Positions 1-9,182 of a stretch of DNA of 46,779 nucleotides are shown here, one piece after another. The position numbers and the translations under genes are program-made. The stretch is from Patescibacteria group bacterium (GTDB lineage Bacteria; Patescibacteriota; Minisyncoccia; Sungbacterales; JBBTQR01). Positions within the stretch are counted from its first letter, which is position 1, and every line of letters begins with the position of its first letter. The stretch is taken from assembly GCA_038065595.1 (NCBI GenBank), contig JBBTQR010000003.1:1-46779 (forward strand), in the 5' to 3' direction. The notes below the pieces were generated by a model. It made no database searches and was not told where the DNA came from. It saw nothing but the letters and a program-made list of their open reading frames with translations.

Positions 1-101
1 CGCCACAGGCGGTATGAAGTTTCCCGTCAAAGCTTCCCCGAAGCTTTGACCTCGGAAGCGTATACTGCTGTATCCGCTTCCCGATCTTCGCTAGGTAATA
101 A
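1..101 (+). repeat. Family-1 multi-hairpin repeat, copy A (5' end cut by the window edge)
   Basis: About 100 nt nearly identical to 1515-1614 and 44209-44309. Contains the perfect hairpin gtcaaagctt/aagctttgac and the imperfect hairpin ggaagcg..cgcttcc, and ends in ttcgctaggtaataa. Confidence 0.85.
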
Positions 102-128
102 GCGAATATCGTTATGCGATGAAACAGT

Positions 129-164
129 ATCCCATCTTGCGCGAACAAGACGGGATTTTTTTTG
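129..164 (+). terminator. Intrinsic terminator of a plus-strand transcript entering from the left
   Basis: Stem atcccatcttg/caagacgggat pairs 10 of 11 positions, loop cgcgaa, followed by T8 (156-163). Confidence 0.6.
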
Positions 165-248
165 TTGAACTCACCGTATTTTGATTTGACGGTTAGGAAT
201 CATTGAGAGTATGGTTGTGTATAAAGGTTCATTTACAAGAGGTACGCA

Positions 249-1265
249 ATGGCGATTAAAATTGTAATTATTCTCGCGTGTTTAATCTTTGTATTTTCGT
301 CGAGCGTGAAGGCGTTTTCGCCGGAAATAATTGAAAAAGCGCAGAAGAGCGTTTTTGGAATATCTCTAGCGCCAATTGATTCGCAGAGGCCATTTTTTGA
401 ACGAAGCGATTTTAATGTGCGCGGTACCGGATTTCATATTGGCCGCGGATATGTAGCGACCAATCACCATGTAATCACAACCTATTTTATTGATAAAGAT
501 CTTCCGCCTTTTATCGCAGATGAAATTACTCTTATCTCCTTTGATCGTAAAGAATATTCCGCTAAACTTATCGGAACCGATGAGTCATATGATCTTGCCG
601 TATATCACATTCGCGGAGCTTTTCCGGAAGACATTGCAACATTTGCAGAGCAAGAGGCGCGTTCCGGAATGGAGGCGTTCGTTATTGGTTATCCCATGGG
701 GCCGGAGAGAATTTCTGATCAAAAAATTAGTTATGGATGGGTTGGGAATCCTAATAAGGAACTTAAAAATATCGGGCTTCGCCTTTTTGAGCTCAACGCG
801 GATGTTTGTCATGGTAATTCCGGCAGTCCCATATTTAACGCTCAAGGAGTTGTAATCGGGATCATTGAGAGCATTTTTCAAATCAAAGATATTCCGTGCA
901 GTAGTTTTGCTTTCGCGATTTCGTCACATCATGCGAAGAAAATTATTGAGGATATTATCCGCTATGGTAAAGCGCGGCACGCGTGGATTGGCGTTGACTT
1001 GAGGTATGAAAAATACCACGGTGAATGGTTTCCGGCGGTTGAAAAAATCATTGCCGGAAGTCCGGCCGAACGATCTGGTTTAAAAATTGGAGACATAATT
1101 CTTTCAATTTCTGGAAAACCGGTAAGAAAAATAATAGATGTGAAACGGATTATTCTTGAACAATCATATGCGGGAGAAATGCTCGTTCTTCGTGTCATAC
1201 GAGACGGACATGAACGCGCGATTACGACAATGGTTGTGGAGCGATTGGGCAAACCGCCCCAATAA
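249..1265 (+). CDS. Secreted trypsin-like serine protease with C-terminal PDZ domain (HtrA/DegP family)
   Basis: N-terminal signal peptide; catalytic triad context TNHHV, YDLAVY and GNSGSPIF; PDZ-like GLKIGDIILSISGKPV. SD-like agagg lies upstream of the ATG. Confidence 0.85.
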   Translation: MAIKIVIILACLIFVFSSSVKAFSPEIIEKAQKSVFGISLAPIDSQRPFFERSDFNVRGTGFHIGRGYVATNHHVITTYFIDKDLPPFIADEITLISFDRKEYSAKLIGTDESYDLAVYHIRGAFPEDIATFAEQEARSGMEAFVIGYPMGPERISDQKISYGWVGNPNKELKNIGLRLFELNADVCHGNSGSPIFNAQGVVIGIIESIFQIKDIPCSSFAFAISSHHAKKIIEDIIRYGKARHAWIGVDLRYEKYHGEWFPAVEKIIAGSPAERSGLKIGDIILSISGKPVRKIIDVKRIILEQSYAGEMLVLRVIRDGHERAITTMVVERLGKPPQ

Positions 1266-1284
1266 TTATTGGGGCGGTTTTTTT
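1254..1284 (+). terminator. Intrinsic terminator of the htrA-like gene
   Basis: 10-bp stem ccgccccaat/attggggcgg, loop aatt, then T7. The stop codon lies inside the stem-loop. Confidence 0.8.
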
Positions 1285-1289
1285 AATTA

Positions 1290-1614
1290 CCGAGGTCAAA
1301 GCTTCGGGGAAGCTTTGACGGGGTTCGGAATGAACTGCTTCATTCCGAACGGGGTTTATGCCAACCGCTTGGCATAAACGGGCGTTTTAGGCGGAACTCC
1401 CGTGGAGCCGTAAAGAAACGTCCAGGGCTTTTGTGAAGAACAAAAGTGAAGCGAGGAGTCCTCGACATGCGTTAAGAATTTCCCTGGGTTTTTGCGAGGA
1501 GCAAAAACTTCATACCGCCTCTGGCGGACAAAGTTTCCCGTCAAAGCTTCCCCGAAGCTTTGACCTCGGAAGCGTACACTGCTGTATCCGCTTCCCGATC
1601 TTCGCTAGGTAATA
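1290..1614. repeat. Dense hairpin array: inverted family-1 core (1290-1322), about 8 unrelated perfect hairpins, then family-1 copy B (1515-1614)
   Basis: 1290-1322 is the exact reverse complement of 1536-1568 (33 nt). Perfect stems lie at 1295-1319, 1324-1349 (11 bp), 1354-1379 (10 bp), 1428-1446, 1488-1508, 1515-1527, 1540-1564 and 1568-1595. Confidence 0.85.
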
Positions 1615-1641
1615 AAAATTCCGCGAAAATTGCATATGAGC

Positions 1642-1669
1642 AAAAACCTCCGAAATTCGGATGTTTTTA
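1642..1669. terminator. Possible bidirectional terminator (ftsH on minus, repeat-containing transcript on plus)
   Basis: Short palindrome tccgaaattcgga flanked by caaaaacc on one side and tgttttta on the other. The stem is weak (5-6 bp). Confidence 0.4.
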
Positions 1670-1690
1670 TCAATTGCACGCGTATAATTT

Positions 1691-3535
1691 TTACGCTGAT
1701 GCTATTATCGTTTCAAACTCTTCCTTCTCAATTGTTTCTTTTTCTATGAGAACTTTAGCAAGTTTATCTAAAAGCGCGCGTCGTTTAGTTAGAATTTCAC
1801 GAGCTTTTTTATACGCACCATCTATAATGCTTTTTATTTCATCATCAATCAAGCGCGCGGTTTCTTCGGAGTAATTCTTTTGGGAGACGATCTCTTTCCC
1901 TAAAAATACCGCCTCTTCGCGCTCCCCAAAAACTATTGGGCCCAATTTTTCAGACATACCGTATCGCATAACCAGGTTTCGCGCCAAATCAGTAACTTTC
2001 TGCAAATCATCACTCGCACCAGTCGTAAGCTCTCCAAAAACAATCTTTTCAGAAGCATATCCGCCAAGTGCCACAGCTAATTCATCCAAGAAATGCGAAT
2101 GTGTAAACATTTTGCGATCTTCCGCGGGAATTTTAAGCGTATAACCAGCCGCACGGCCACGCGACACAATACTGATTTTATGCACTGGATCGGCGTTTGA
2201 CAAAGACGCAGAAACCAGCGCGTGCCCTCCTTCGTGATATGCGGCGATTTCTTTTTCTTTTGAAGAAAGCAAATGGCTTTTGCGTTCAGGTCCCAAAAGC
2301 ACCTTTTCAATTGAATCCAGAAGATCAATTTGATGAACTTGTTTTTGATTTTTTCGAGCGGCAAGAATCGCGCCTTCATTGATAATATTTGCCAGATCCG
2401 CACCCGAAAACCCGGGGGTCCGTTCAGCAACACGGCGCACCGCGACATCTTCGGCAAGATTTTTATTTTTTGAATGAATGGTCAAAATCGCTTCACGGTC
2501 ATTTACATCGGGAAGATCCAAAATTACGCGCCGATCAAAACGACCCGGCCGTAGGAGCGCTGGATCCAACACATCGGGACGATTCGTCGCCGCAAAAACG
2601 ATTACCCGCTCGTCAGTATCAAACCCGTCCATCTCAACGAGAATTTGATTTAATGTTTGTTCCCGTTCATCATGACCACCGCCCATTCCCGCGCCACGAA
2701 GCCGTCCGATTGCGTCAATTTCATCAATAAAAATAATTGAGGGGGCTGTTTTCTTCGCTTGTTTAAAAAGATCGCGTGTTCGCGCCGCACCAACACCCAC
2801 AAACATCTCAACGAACTCAGAACCCGACAAATGGAAAAACGGAACATTTGCTTCACCCGCCACAGCTCGCGCGAGCAATGTTTTTCCAGTCCCGGGAGCA
2901 CCCATAAGCAAAACGCCTCGTGGAATCCGTGCGCCAATATCAAAAAATTTCTTTGGGTTTTTAAGAAAATCAACAACCTCTTCAAGCTCCTGCTTCGCTT
3001 CTTTAACGCCGGCAACATCCTTGAAAGTAATTCGTTCTTTGCCACCCGGAATCACAAGCCGTGCTTTTGACTGCCCAAAAGTAAACGCTTGCATACTCCC
3101 CCGTTGTAACTGGCGAGCCGAAAACCAAATGAAAAAAGCAATGATAGCGATTGGAGCCAAAATAGGAAGCGCCATACCAAGCCAAAACGAAAACCCTGAG
3201 GCAGACTTAACTTCCAAAGAAACAGCGGAAAGTTTTTCTGAAACAACGCCGTAATTTTTAAATGTTTCTGAAAGTCCTGCTTCAATTTCTTTTTCAGCTG
3301 ATTGTCGCGCTCCATCTTTAAGTGTAATATCAAGAGCATTTTCCCGTACAACGATTTTTTCTACCGAGCCGGCATTAATTTCCGCAACAAGCTCGGAGAG
3401 CGTTATTGTTTTTATATTTTCGCCGACTCCAACCACAAGCGAATAAATGACCGTAACAAGAAAAAGAATTCCAAATGCCCACATAATTTGGCTTGAAAAT
3501 TGTCGCAAAGGTTTTTGAATATTGTATTTTTTCAT
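1691..3535 (-). CDS. ftsH: ATP-dependent zinc metalloprotease FtsH
   Basis: Two N-terminal TM helices; AAA Walker A GAPGTGKT; Walker B IIFIDEID; zinc site HEGGHA. Start placed at MKKYNIQ (3535) and not at the upstream in-frame ATG at 3568. Confidence 0.95.
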   Translation of the reverse strand: MKKYNIQKPLRQFSSQIMWAFGILFLVTVIYSLVVGVGENIKTITLSELVAEINAGSVEKIVVRENALDITLKDGARQSAEKEIEAGLSETFKNYGVVSEKLSAVSLEVKSASGFSFWLGMALPILAPIAIIAFFIWFSARQLQRGSMQAFTFGQSKARLVIPGGKERITFKDVAGVKEAKQELEEVVDFLKNPKKFFDIGARIPRGVLLMGAPGTGKTLLARAVAGEANVPFFHLSGSEFVEMFVGVGAARTRDLFKQAKKTAPSIIFIDEIDAIGRLRGAGMGGGHDEREQTLNQILVEMDGFDTDERVIVFAATNRPDVLDPALLRPGRFDRRVILDLPDVNDREAILTIHSKNKNLAEDVAVRRVAERTPGFSGADLANIINEGAILAARKNQKQVHQIDLLDSIEKVLLGPERKSHLLSSKEKEIAAYHEGGHALVSASLSNADPVHKISIVSRGRAAGYTLKIPAEDRKMFTHSHFLDELAVALGGYASEKIVFGELTTGASDDLQKVTDLARNLVMRYGMSEKLGPIVFGEREEAVFLGKEIVSQKNYSEETARLIDDEIKSIIDGAYKKAREILTKRRALLDKLAKVLIEKETIEKEEFETIIASA

Positions 3536-3585
3536 AGTTAAATTACCTATAAGATAGCACTGTATCATTAAATTTTATAGAAATC

Positions 3586-3616
3586 AAAAAAAATGCCCCG
3601 ACGCCATCGTCGGGGC
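3586..3616 (-). terminator. Intrinsic terminator of the 472-aa orphan gene
   Basis: 9-bp GC-rich stem gccccgacg/cgtcggggc, loop ccat. On the minus strand it is followed by T8 (plus-strand A-run 3586-3593). Confidence 0.8.
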
Positions 3617-3634
3617 AACACACACCTCCTTTTT

Positions 3635-5053
3635 CTATTTTCGCGCTTTCCAATTCTCGACTGCTCGAGCGCGAAGATCCTCATATTTATTGCTCATTCC
3701 CTCACAAATGATCTCCGCAATTTTATCGAGCGAAAGCGAGGTTGGTGGCACATCAGGAGCCGTCAACGAGCCGTTCATAAGCCAGCCCGTGAGGCGATGG
3801 AAAAACCAGCTCCTCTCCTCCTTTGGACCGTCATCGGAAGTGAGGATGGTCCAATCCGCTGTGCAAGAAATTCCTCTCGCATTGCACTCGGCTTCACGAA
3901 CCCCAGCCGTGATATACGACATAACATGAGTAAACGGCTTTTGATCGGTTTTCAGTTTACGGCCATTGTCGTATGTAACCTCATAGCTTCCCGGGAAAAC
4001 TTGCACCTGCCCCTTACCGTTTTTCTTAACGACACAGCAGGCGTAATACCCCAAATCCCGTGCCATGAGATACGCGTGAACCCGCTCATCGTCTGATTCA
4101 ATAACGGCAACAACCCGCTTTTCACATCGCGACACGAAACCATCAAAAACGGTAAGCGTAACTTCGGTCAACCTTGCATTCTTAGCCTCCGTAGCACTCT
4201 CGGTGTGAAACCAATGCTGATCTTGAAGCTCCGCCTCAAGAATCGGCCGCACCCACTCGCGAGCGTCAACGCCATCACGAACGAGCAACATAATGCAGTC
4301 AAGGATGTCAAACGGCTGAAATTGCATATTTTCTCTCCGCTTTTCCAGCCACCTCTCAATTCTCTGCGTCGCCAGCTCGTGATACGAGCCACGCATGGCA
4401 CTAAGTTCCAAAACAAGCAAGCGAACAGCATCACGATAACGATCCTGTCGTTCTACTTTTAGAATCGGGCCTTTTGTCGCAGCGTCAAAAACCGCAGACG
4501 CGATCTCTCTAACCACATTCGCGTCATATTCGGCGCGATGAAGCGTTTTTACAACGCTTCCCAAAGAAAACGGCCGAGACCCTTTAATGTCGTCTTCCGC
4601 AACCGCTTTCAGAAGATGCGTGAGACGAGGATCGGAAACGATGAAGGTTTTTGATCGTTTTCCGTCCTTACTTGTAATCTTGAAAACTCTGCCGTCCCTC
4701 TCTAATCCGTAAAAATTATCCGACGAAACCTGATCCCGAACTAAACCAAGATCCCGTGCTACGAGCGTTGCCTCACACTCAACTTTGCCAGTGCCGTGTT
4801 CATCGTACTTCCCGCGACCGACACCAACAAAACTTACATTGCTCCTTCCTTCAAGCTCAACGCCACGAACAATAAATCGCCCTTCCCGATCGCGCAAACT
4901 CGCTCCACCATCGGTCGTGTACAAAACTTCAATGCCACGGCTTATACCAGGAAACCTTTCCTCGGTTCCACAAAACTCAATAAGTCGTTGAGCGTAAAGA
5001 TCCGACAGCTGTGAAAGCACATGTGTAACGATGGTATGCCTTTGAAAATCCAT
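3635..5053 (-). CDS. Hypothetical soluble protein, 472 aa, no recognisable domain
   Basis: Long uninterrupted ORF with a strong SD (AGGAGG 5 nt upstream of the ATG), its own promoter and its own terminator. No TM helix or signal peptide, and no nucleotide-binding or nuclease motif was recognised. Confidence 0.8.
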   Translation of the reverse strand: MDFQRHTIVTHVLSQLSDLYAQRLIEFCGTEERFPGISRGIEVLYTTDGGASLRDREGRFIVRGVELEGRSNVSFVGVGRGKYDEHGTGKVECEATLVARDLGLVRDQVSSDNFYGLERDGRVFKITSKDGKRSKTFIVSDPRLTHLLKAVAEDDIKGSRPFSLGSVVKTLHRAEYDANVVREIASAVFDAATKGPILKVERQDRYRDAVRLLVLELSAMRGSYHELATQRIERWLEKRRENMQFQPFDILDCIMLLVRDGVDAREWVRPILEAELQDQHWFHTESATEAKNARLTEVTLTVFDGFVSRCEKRVVAVIESDDERVHAYLMARDLGYYACCVVKKNGKGQVQVFPGSYEVTYDNGRKLKTDQKPFTHVMSYITAGVREAECNARGISCTADWTILTSDDGPKEERSWFFHRLTGWLMNGSLTAPDVPPTSLSLDKIAEIICEGMSNKYEDLRARAVENWKARK

Positions 5054-5125
5054 TCTCCCCTCCTTATGTGTAAATTGTAAAAGTACTTATTTTCTAAACG
5101 CCATAATCCATAAACTAATTATTAA

Positions 5126-5154
5126 TTTATATCATTTATATTACTCATTGTCAA
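5126..5154 (-). promoter_or_regulatory. Sigma70-type promoter of the 472-aa gene
   Basis: Read on the minus strand: TTGACA (5154-5149), 17-nt spacer, TATAAA (5131-5126), about 70 nt upstream of the ATG at 5053. Confidence 0.6.
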
Positions 5155-5190
5155 ATAAAATAAGCGGGGAATAAAGCGTAAAATAGGCAA

Positions 5191-5230
5191 AAGAAAAAGC
5201 CGGCACCTGTGCGTATTGCACAGTGCCGGC
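5191..5230 (-). terminator. Intrinsic terminator of the 501-aa orphan gene
   Basis: 13-bp stem with one bulge (gccggcacctgtgc / gcacagtgccggc), loop gtatt, then a T-rich run on the minus strand (plus aagaaaaa, 5191-5198). Confidence 0.8.
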
Positions 5231-5260
5231 TACTTGCTAACGCGTTTTTTTTAACGCGTG

Positions 5261-6766
5261 CTAGAAACGCCTACCGCCTCGTGGTTGAGCGTTCTTTGCC
5301 TGGCGCATCCAAGCGTGAACTCGCTTGGGAACTTCGCCAAACAGAAACTCAGACGGGACTTCGTCAAAATCCGAGTCTCCTGTTTTTCCACACTCTGCGG
5401 AGTCATGGAAAATGAGAACCGCCGCCATCGGACTGACCTCAACAACCCTGATCGTCTTGCCGTCGCTCTCTAAAAGAGCGTCAAGGAAGCCGACCTCCTC
5501 GCTACCGATTTTCCAGCCATCAACGAGGATTGGCACACGCCCCGGCTTCTTAGCCCAAAACTCCGCGATCCCCAAGGTTGCCCCTTTTGAAATCCGCAAA
5601 CGCGCGTCGCTGAAAACCTGATTGCGCTCACGGCGAGTATCTTCAAACAGCGTATTGATGTCCGTCGCCACTACCTTCGTAGCATAAGCGGCAAACCGTC
5701 GCTCAAAGAAACTCCTTAACTGAAAATTTCTGACCTCAAATGAACACTTACCCGATCCGTGATACACAATCTTTACTGGGACAGGGCCCATGACCTTCAC
5801 TTGATCTTGATTGATATATGAGAAGGCGCTTTCGGCGAACGGACGATAGGAAATGCGAGTGATAAAAAGCCTATCAGCCCATCCTTTTCGCACCATCTCA
5901 ACACCGACCGTCAACGATTTCCAGGTTTCAGTCATGACGACCGTCCCTGGTCTACCGGCAAGAACCGCAAGAAAATCTCCTGTGTCTTTTACCAAATCTG
6001 GAGACAGGAGAAATCCGGACACTTCACCGGAAACAACATCTCGCTCAAGATTTTTTGCCTCCAGTAAAGCGTTATAGAGATCTAAAGACTCCTTGTTGGA
6101 GCTTGGATCTCCATTCCGCATCGGGAATGGAACGAGAGCAAAACCTTCAAAATAGAGCTTTTTCGTAATCGCCCTATTGTGATTCGCCTCACGACCATCC
6201 ATAACATTCGCGTACGAAAGCTCAACCCCCAAACGAGCTGCGACTTCCACGGCAATCATTCCGTCTTTCAAGCCCGCCATGATTCGCACATATTCCCGTT
6301 TCCGATACGCGTGAAGCTCGTCTACCAAGTCATCGTCCTCGGCAATGCTCCCAACGGAAACAAAGTGCCGAAGATTCTTCTTTGAAAAATCAAAGAAGAA
6401 AACTCTCTTACCCTTCTCATGTCGGTCGGCCTCGCGGAGTGAATTGATCTTAACTCCGTTGAGAATTGCCTGAACATATGGAACCTTCCCATCAAGAATC
6501 ACATTCATGAGATTCTTGACTGATTTTGCATGAACAGCAAAGACATTCTTCTTTGCTCCTTGCGCCAGTTCCCCGATTTGTTTGAGCAATGCCCGCGCAC
6601 CCGAATCGCCTTGCTTCGCCGCCGCTTCAAGCATCCTCATTTTTTCTGAATCGGCGGAAACTTCAGCCGCAGTAAGCTGATCAGCGGCTTGATCCTGTTG
6701 CTTCCTAACACTGCGCAAAACTGCATTCACCCGCTCACTCAAATCCGTCGTATATTCTTCGCTCAT
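5261..6766 (-). CDS. Hypothetical soluble protein, 501 aa, no recognisable domain
   Basis: Long ORF with SD AGGAG 9 nt upstream of the ATG and its own terminator. No TM helix or signal peptide. The GSGKC stretch is not a Walker A motif. Confidence 0.8.
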   Translation of the reverse strand: MSEEYTTDLSERVNAVLRSVRKQQDQAADQLTAAEVSADSEKMRMLEAAAKQGDSGARALLKQIGELAQGAKKNVFAVHAKSVKNLMNVILDGKVPYVQAILNGVKINSLREADRHEKGKRVFFFDFSKKNLRHFVSVGSIAEDDDLVDELHAYRKREYVRIMAGLKDGMIAVEVAARLGVELSYANVMDGREANHNRAITKKLYFEGFALVPFPMRNGDPSSNKESLDLYNALLEAKNLERDVVSGEVSGFLLSPDLVKDTGDFLAVLAGRPGTVVMTETWKSLTVGVEMVRKGWADRLFITRISYRPFAESAFSYINQDQVKVMGPVPVKIVYHGSGKCSFEVRNFQLRSFFERRFAAYATKVVATDINTLFEDTRRERNQVFSDARLRISKGATLGIAEFWAKKPGRVPILVDGWKIGSEEVGFLDALLESDGKTIRVVEVSPMAAVLIFHDSAECGKTGDSDFDEVPSEFLFGEVPKRVHAWMRQAKNAQPRGGRRF

Positions 6767-7036
6767 GGCTTTAATCTCCTTCTTCCGCTATCAGCGCATA
6801 CTATTTATGTATTTGCCCCAACAGCATTTTCACGGTTAAGAAACTTATCCCTACATCCACACATCACAAAAAAGATTACAACCAAAAATCGCAAATATAA
6901 TACACAAAAAAGATGCCTAGAAACAAGCTATTTATCTCCTATAAAGACCTCCTTTGTTTAAGTTTTTAAAGTTCTCACCCACATTACAACAATCAAACAA
7001 ACTCTATTGTTATACTTGCACAGTATACTATTTTTA

Positions 7037-7067
7037 TTAAAAAAGTCAACCTTTCGGTTGATTTTTT
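7037..7067. terminator. rpsA terminator (bidirectional architecture)
   Basis: Stem tcaacc/ggttga, loop tttc, with an A-run upstream and a T-run downstream. Lies immediately 3' of the rpsA stop on the minus strand. Confidence 0.65.
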
Positions 7068-7083
7068 GTTTGCGCGTTTTTTA

Positions 7084-8292
7084 CTACTTTTTTCCTTCTC
7101 CGTGTTCTTCCTTTTCTTCTTCTTTTTTTGAAAGCGCCAAAGACATCCGATGTTCTTGCAAATCAACTGAAGTGACTATAAATTCATATTCTTTACCAAT
7201 CTCAATCGTTTCAAGCATTTTTGCTTCAGTACCAAATTCAGAAATATGAATTAAGCCCTGAATTTCGCGCGATTCTCCGTTCGGTAATACAAATACCGTC
7301 TTCACAAATGCCCCAAAAGAATTAAATTTAACAATAGTACCCTTTGCCGTATCGCCCTTCTTTATAACTTCTTGGAACGCAAGCCATGGGTCATCTTTCA
7401 ACGCCTTCAACGAAAGTGAGATTTTTGTCCCTTCAATGGTAATTATTTTTACGCGAACCTTCTCGCCAATCTTTACGACATCCCGTGGATCATGAACCAA
7501 TTGCCAATCAACTTCGGAAACATGAATCAATCCCTCAAGCCCGTCAGCGAGACGCACAAAAGCTCCAAATGGAGCGATTGCCGTGATTTCTCCATCAACA
7601 CATTCCCCGATGGTATGCTTGTTTACAAATCCTCTAAGCGCATCATTATCAAGTTCGCGTTCGGAAAAAATAAGCTTTCCTTCGTCCTGGTGAACATCAA
7701 TAATTTTAACTTTAAAATCTTTTCCCAAGAATTTCTTTAATTCTACAAAAATTTTTTCTTTATCACCTCCCTCTACGCGCGGATAATTTTTCTGTGAAAG
7801 CTGGGAAACTGGCAAAAATCCAACAACACCGCTGTGTTCCATCATAAGACCCCCGCGATTCACTTCTTTAACGCGAAGAGTAAGCGTTGCTCCTGTGCGC
7901 ATTATTTCCTGAAGATCTACCCATAACTTTTCTTTTCCCGCTTCTTTTAATGAAAGCTCGGGATACCCCTCTATAATAGAACTCTCAAGCTCCACAACCT
8001 TTGCTGTTACCGCATCTCCAATTTTTAGACCCCTGATAACATGCTGGGCTTCATAAAACTCTTTCCCAAAAACAACACCGACTCCTCGCGCGTCCATATC
8101 AATAAAAAGCCTGTTTCCTTCACGAAAAAGAATCGTACCGTCAACAATATCCCCTATCTTTATATACATGCCCGCGTCAATTTTCTGTTTTAATAGGGCC
8201 TCCATAGGATGCTTCGCAATATCGCGCTGTTTGATTTCAAAATCAGCGTCTTTTTCCGATTCAACCTCGGTTGTATTTGTATCGTTTACCAT
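7084..8292 (-). CDS. rpsA: 30S ribosomal protein S1 (multiple S1 RNA-binding repeats)
   Basis: Repeated S1-domain signatures (G..V.G.V..i..fGaFV...gl.GLiH.SE) and a Glu/Lys-rich C-terminus. Start placed at MVNDTN (8292). Confidence 0.9.
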   Translation of the reverse strand: MVNDTNTTEVESEKDADFEIKQRDIAKHPMEALLKQKIDAGMYIKIGDIVDGTILFREGNRLFIDMDARGVGVVFGKEFYEAQHVIRGLKIGDAVTAKVVELESSIIEGYPELSLKEAGKEKLWVDLQEIMRTGATLTLRVKEVNRGGLMMEHSGVVGFLPVSQLSQKNYPRVEGGDKEKIFVELKKFLGKDFKVKIIDVHQDEGKLIFSERELDNDALRGFVNKHTIGECVDGEITAIAPFGAFVRLADGLEGLIHVSEVDWQLVHDPRDVVKIGEKVRVKIITIEGTKISLSLKALKDDPWLAFQEVIKKGDTAKGTIVKFNSFGAFVKTVFVLPNGESREIQGLIHISEFGTEAKMLETIEIGKEYEFIVTSVDLQEHRMSLALSKKEEEKEEHGEGKK

Positions 8293-8464
8293 GATTGAAC
8301 GAGTATAGTAAAAGAAACAAAAAAAAGCAACCAACAAATGAACGGGCATCTGCTTTATTTTTTATTTATATAATGCTAAACTCAACGAGCTTTTAGCTTT
8401 CAGTGTATGATTTTTAGGTGCCGATGCATCTTTGTTATACACTATGCGCTATACATTATACGCT

Positions 8465-9106
8465 ATGATTATTACCTGGCACGGCGGATCGTGCGTCAAG
8501 ATTCAATCGGGAAACATGGTTATCGTCGCCGATCCCTATTCAAAAGAAGCGGGACTCGCATCGCCCCGATTCTCCGCTCAAATCGTCACACGAAGCCACG
8601 AACACTCACATCTTCAAACCGACTCTGTTGGCGGAAGTCCTTTTGTTATTGACGGGCCCGGCGAATATGAAATTGGAGGCGTCCACATCAATGGAGTTGA
8701 AACGCACCACGACAATTCCAACGGAAAAGAACGGGGATTAAATACCGCTTTCATATACGAAATTGAAGACATGCGTATAGCGCATATGGGAGACATTGGC
8801 GAAGAAAAACTTCGCGGTGAGACAATAGAAGCGCTTGAAACGATTGATATCCTCTTTGTCCCTGTTGGCGGAAAACACGCCATTGATGGGGCGATGGCAA
8901 AAAAAATAACCGATCAAATTGAACCGCGCATTGTCATTCCTATCAATTACAAACTTCCAAAAACACATGAAGCGCTTGACTCGGTTGATGTATTTCTGAA
9001 AGAAATTGGGGCGGGCAAAGCGGAAAAAATGGACAAGCTCGTTATTAAAAAAAAGGATTTACCACAAACGGAAGAAACGCGCGTCGTCGTTCTGTCTGTC
9101 GCATAA
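8465..9106 (+). CDS. Metallo-beta-lactamase-fold hydrolase (UPF0173-like)
   Basis: N-terminus MIITWHGGSCVKI and an overall pattern typical of the UPF0173 / MBL-fold family (..THEH.H.., HMGDIG). Start placed at the third in-frame start codon of the ORF, which is its second ATG (8465). Confidence 0.75.
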   Translation: MIITWHGGSCVKIQSGNMVIVADPYSKEAGLASPRFSAQIVTRSHEHSHLQTDSVGGSPFVIDGPGEYEIGGVHINGVETHHDNSNGKERGLNTAFIYEIEDMRIAHMGDIGEEKLRGETIEALETIDILFVPVGGKHAIDGAMAKKITDQIEPRIVIPINYKLPKTHEALDSVDVFLKEIGAGKAEKMDKLVIKKKDLPQTEETRVVVLSVA

Positions 9107-9182
9107 AAGCACTCCAATCTTGTCTTGGACAACAGGCATATCGCTCAAAGACATTTTCTAATTTAAAGCATCGCAAACCACA

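Noticed and set aside
1156-1874. ORFs 1156-1377 (+), 1356-1544 (-) and 1560-1874 (+), which run through the hairpin array
   Set aside because: They overlap perfect palindromes and repeat copies, have no SD, and have odd composition. One runs antisense into the 3' end of ftsH. They are best explained as chance ORFs in repeat DNA.
5700-5760. The GSGKC stretch in the 501-aa protein as a P-loop
   Set aside because: It does not fit the Walker A pattern G-x4-G-K-[ST]: there is no Gly at the -5 position, and Cys follows the Lys. No Walker B motif was seen.
3635-6766. A clear GC-content island for the orphan cassette
   Set aside because: Hand counts of individual 60-nt lines gave about 40-52% inside the cassette. 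Lines in rpsA, ftsH and gyrA gave about 35-50%. The ranges overlap too much to claim a shift without a proper sliding-window calculation. Only the Arg/Lys bias is mentioned as a hint.
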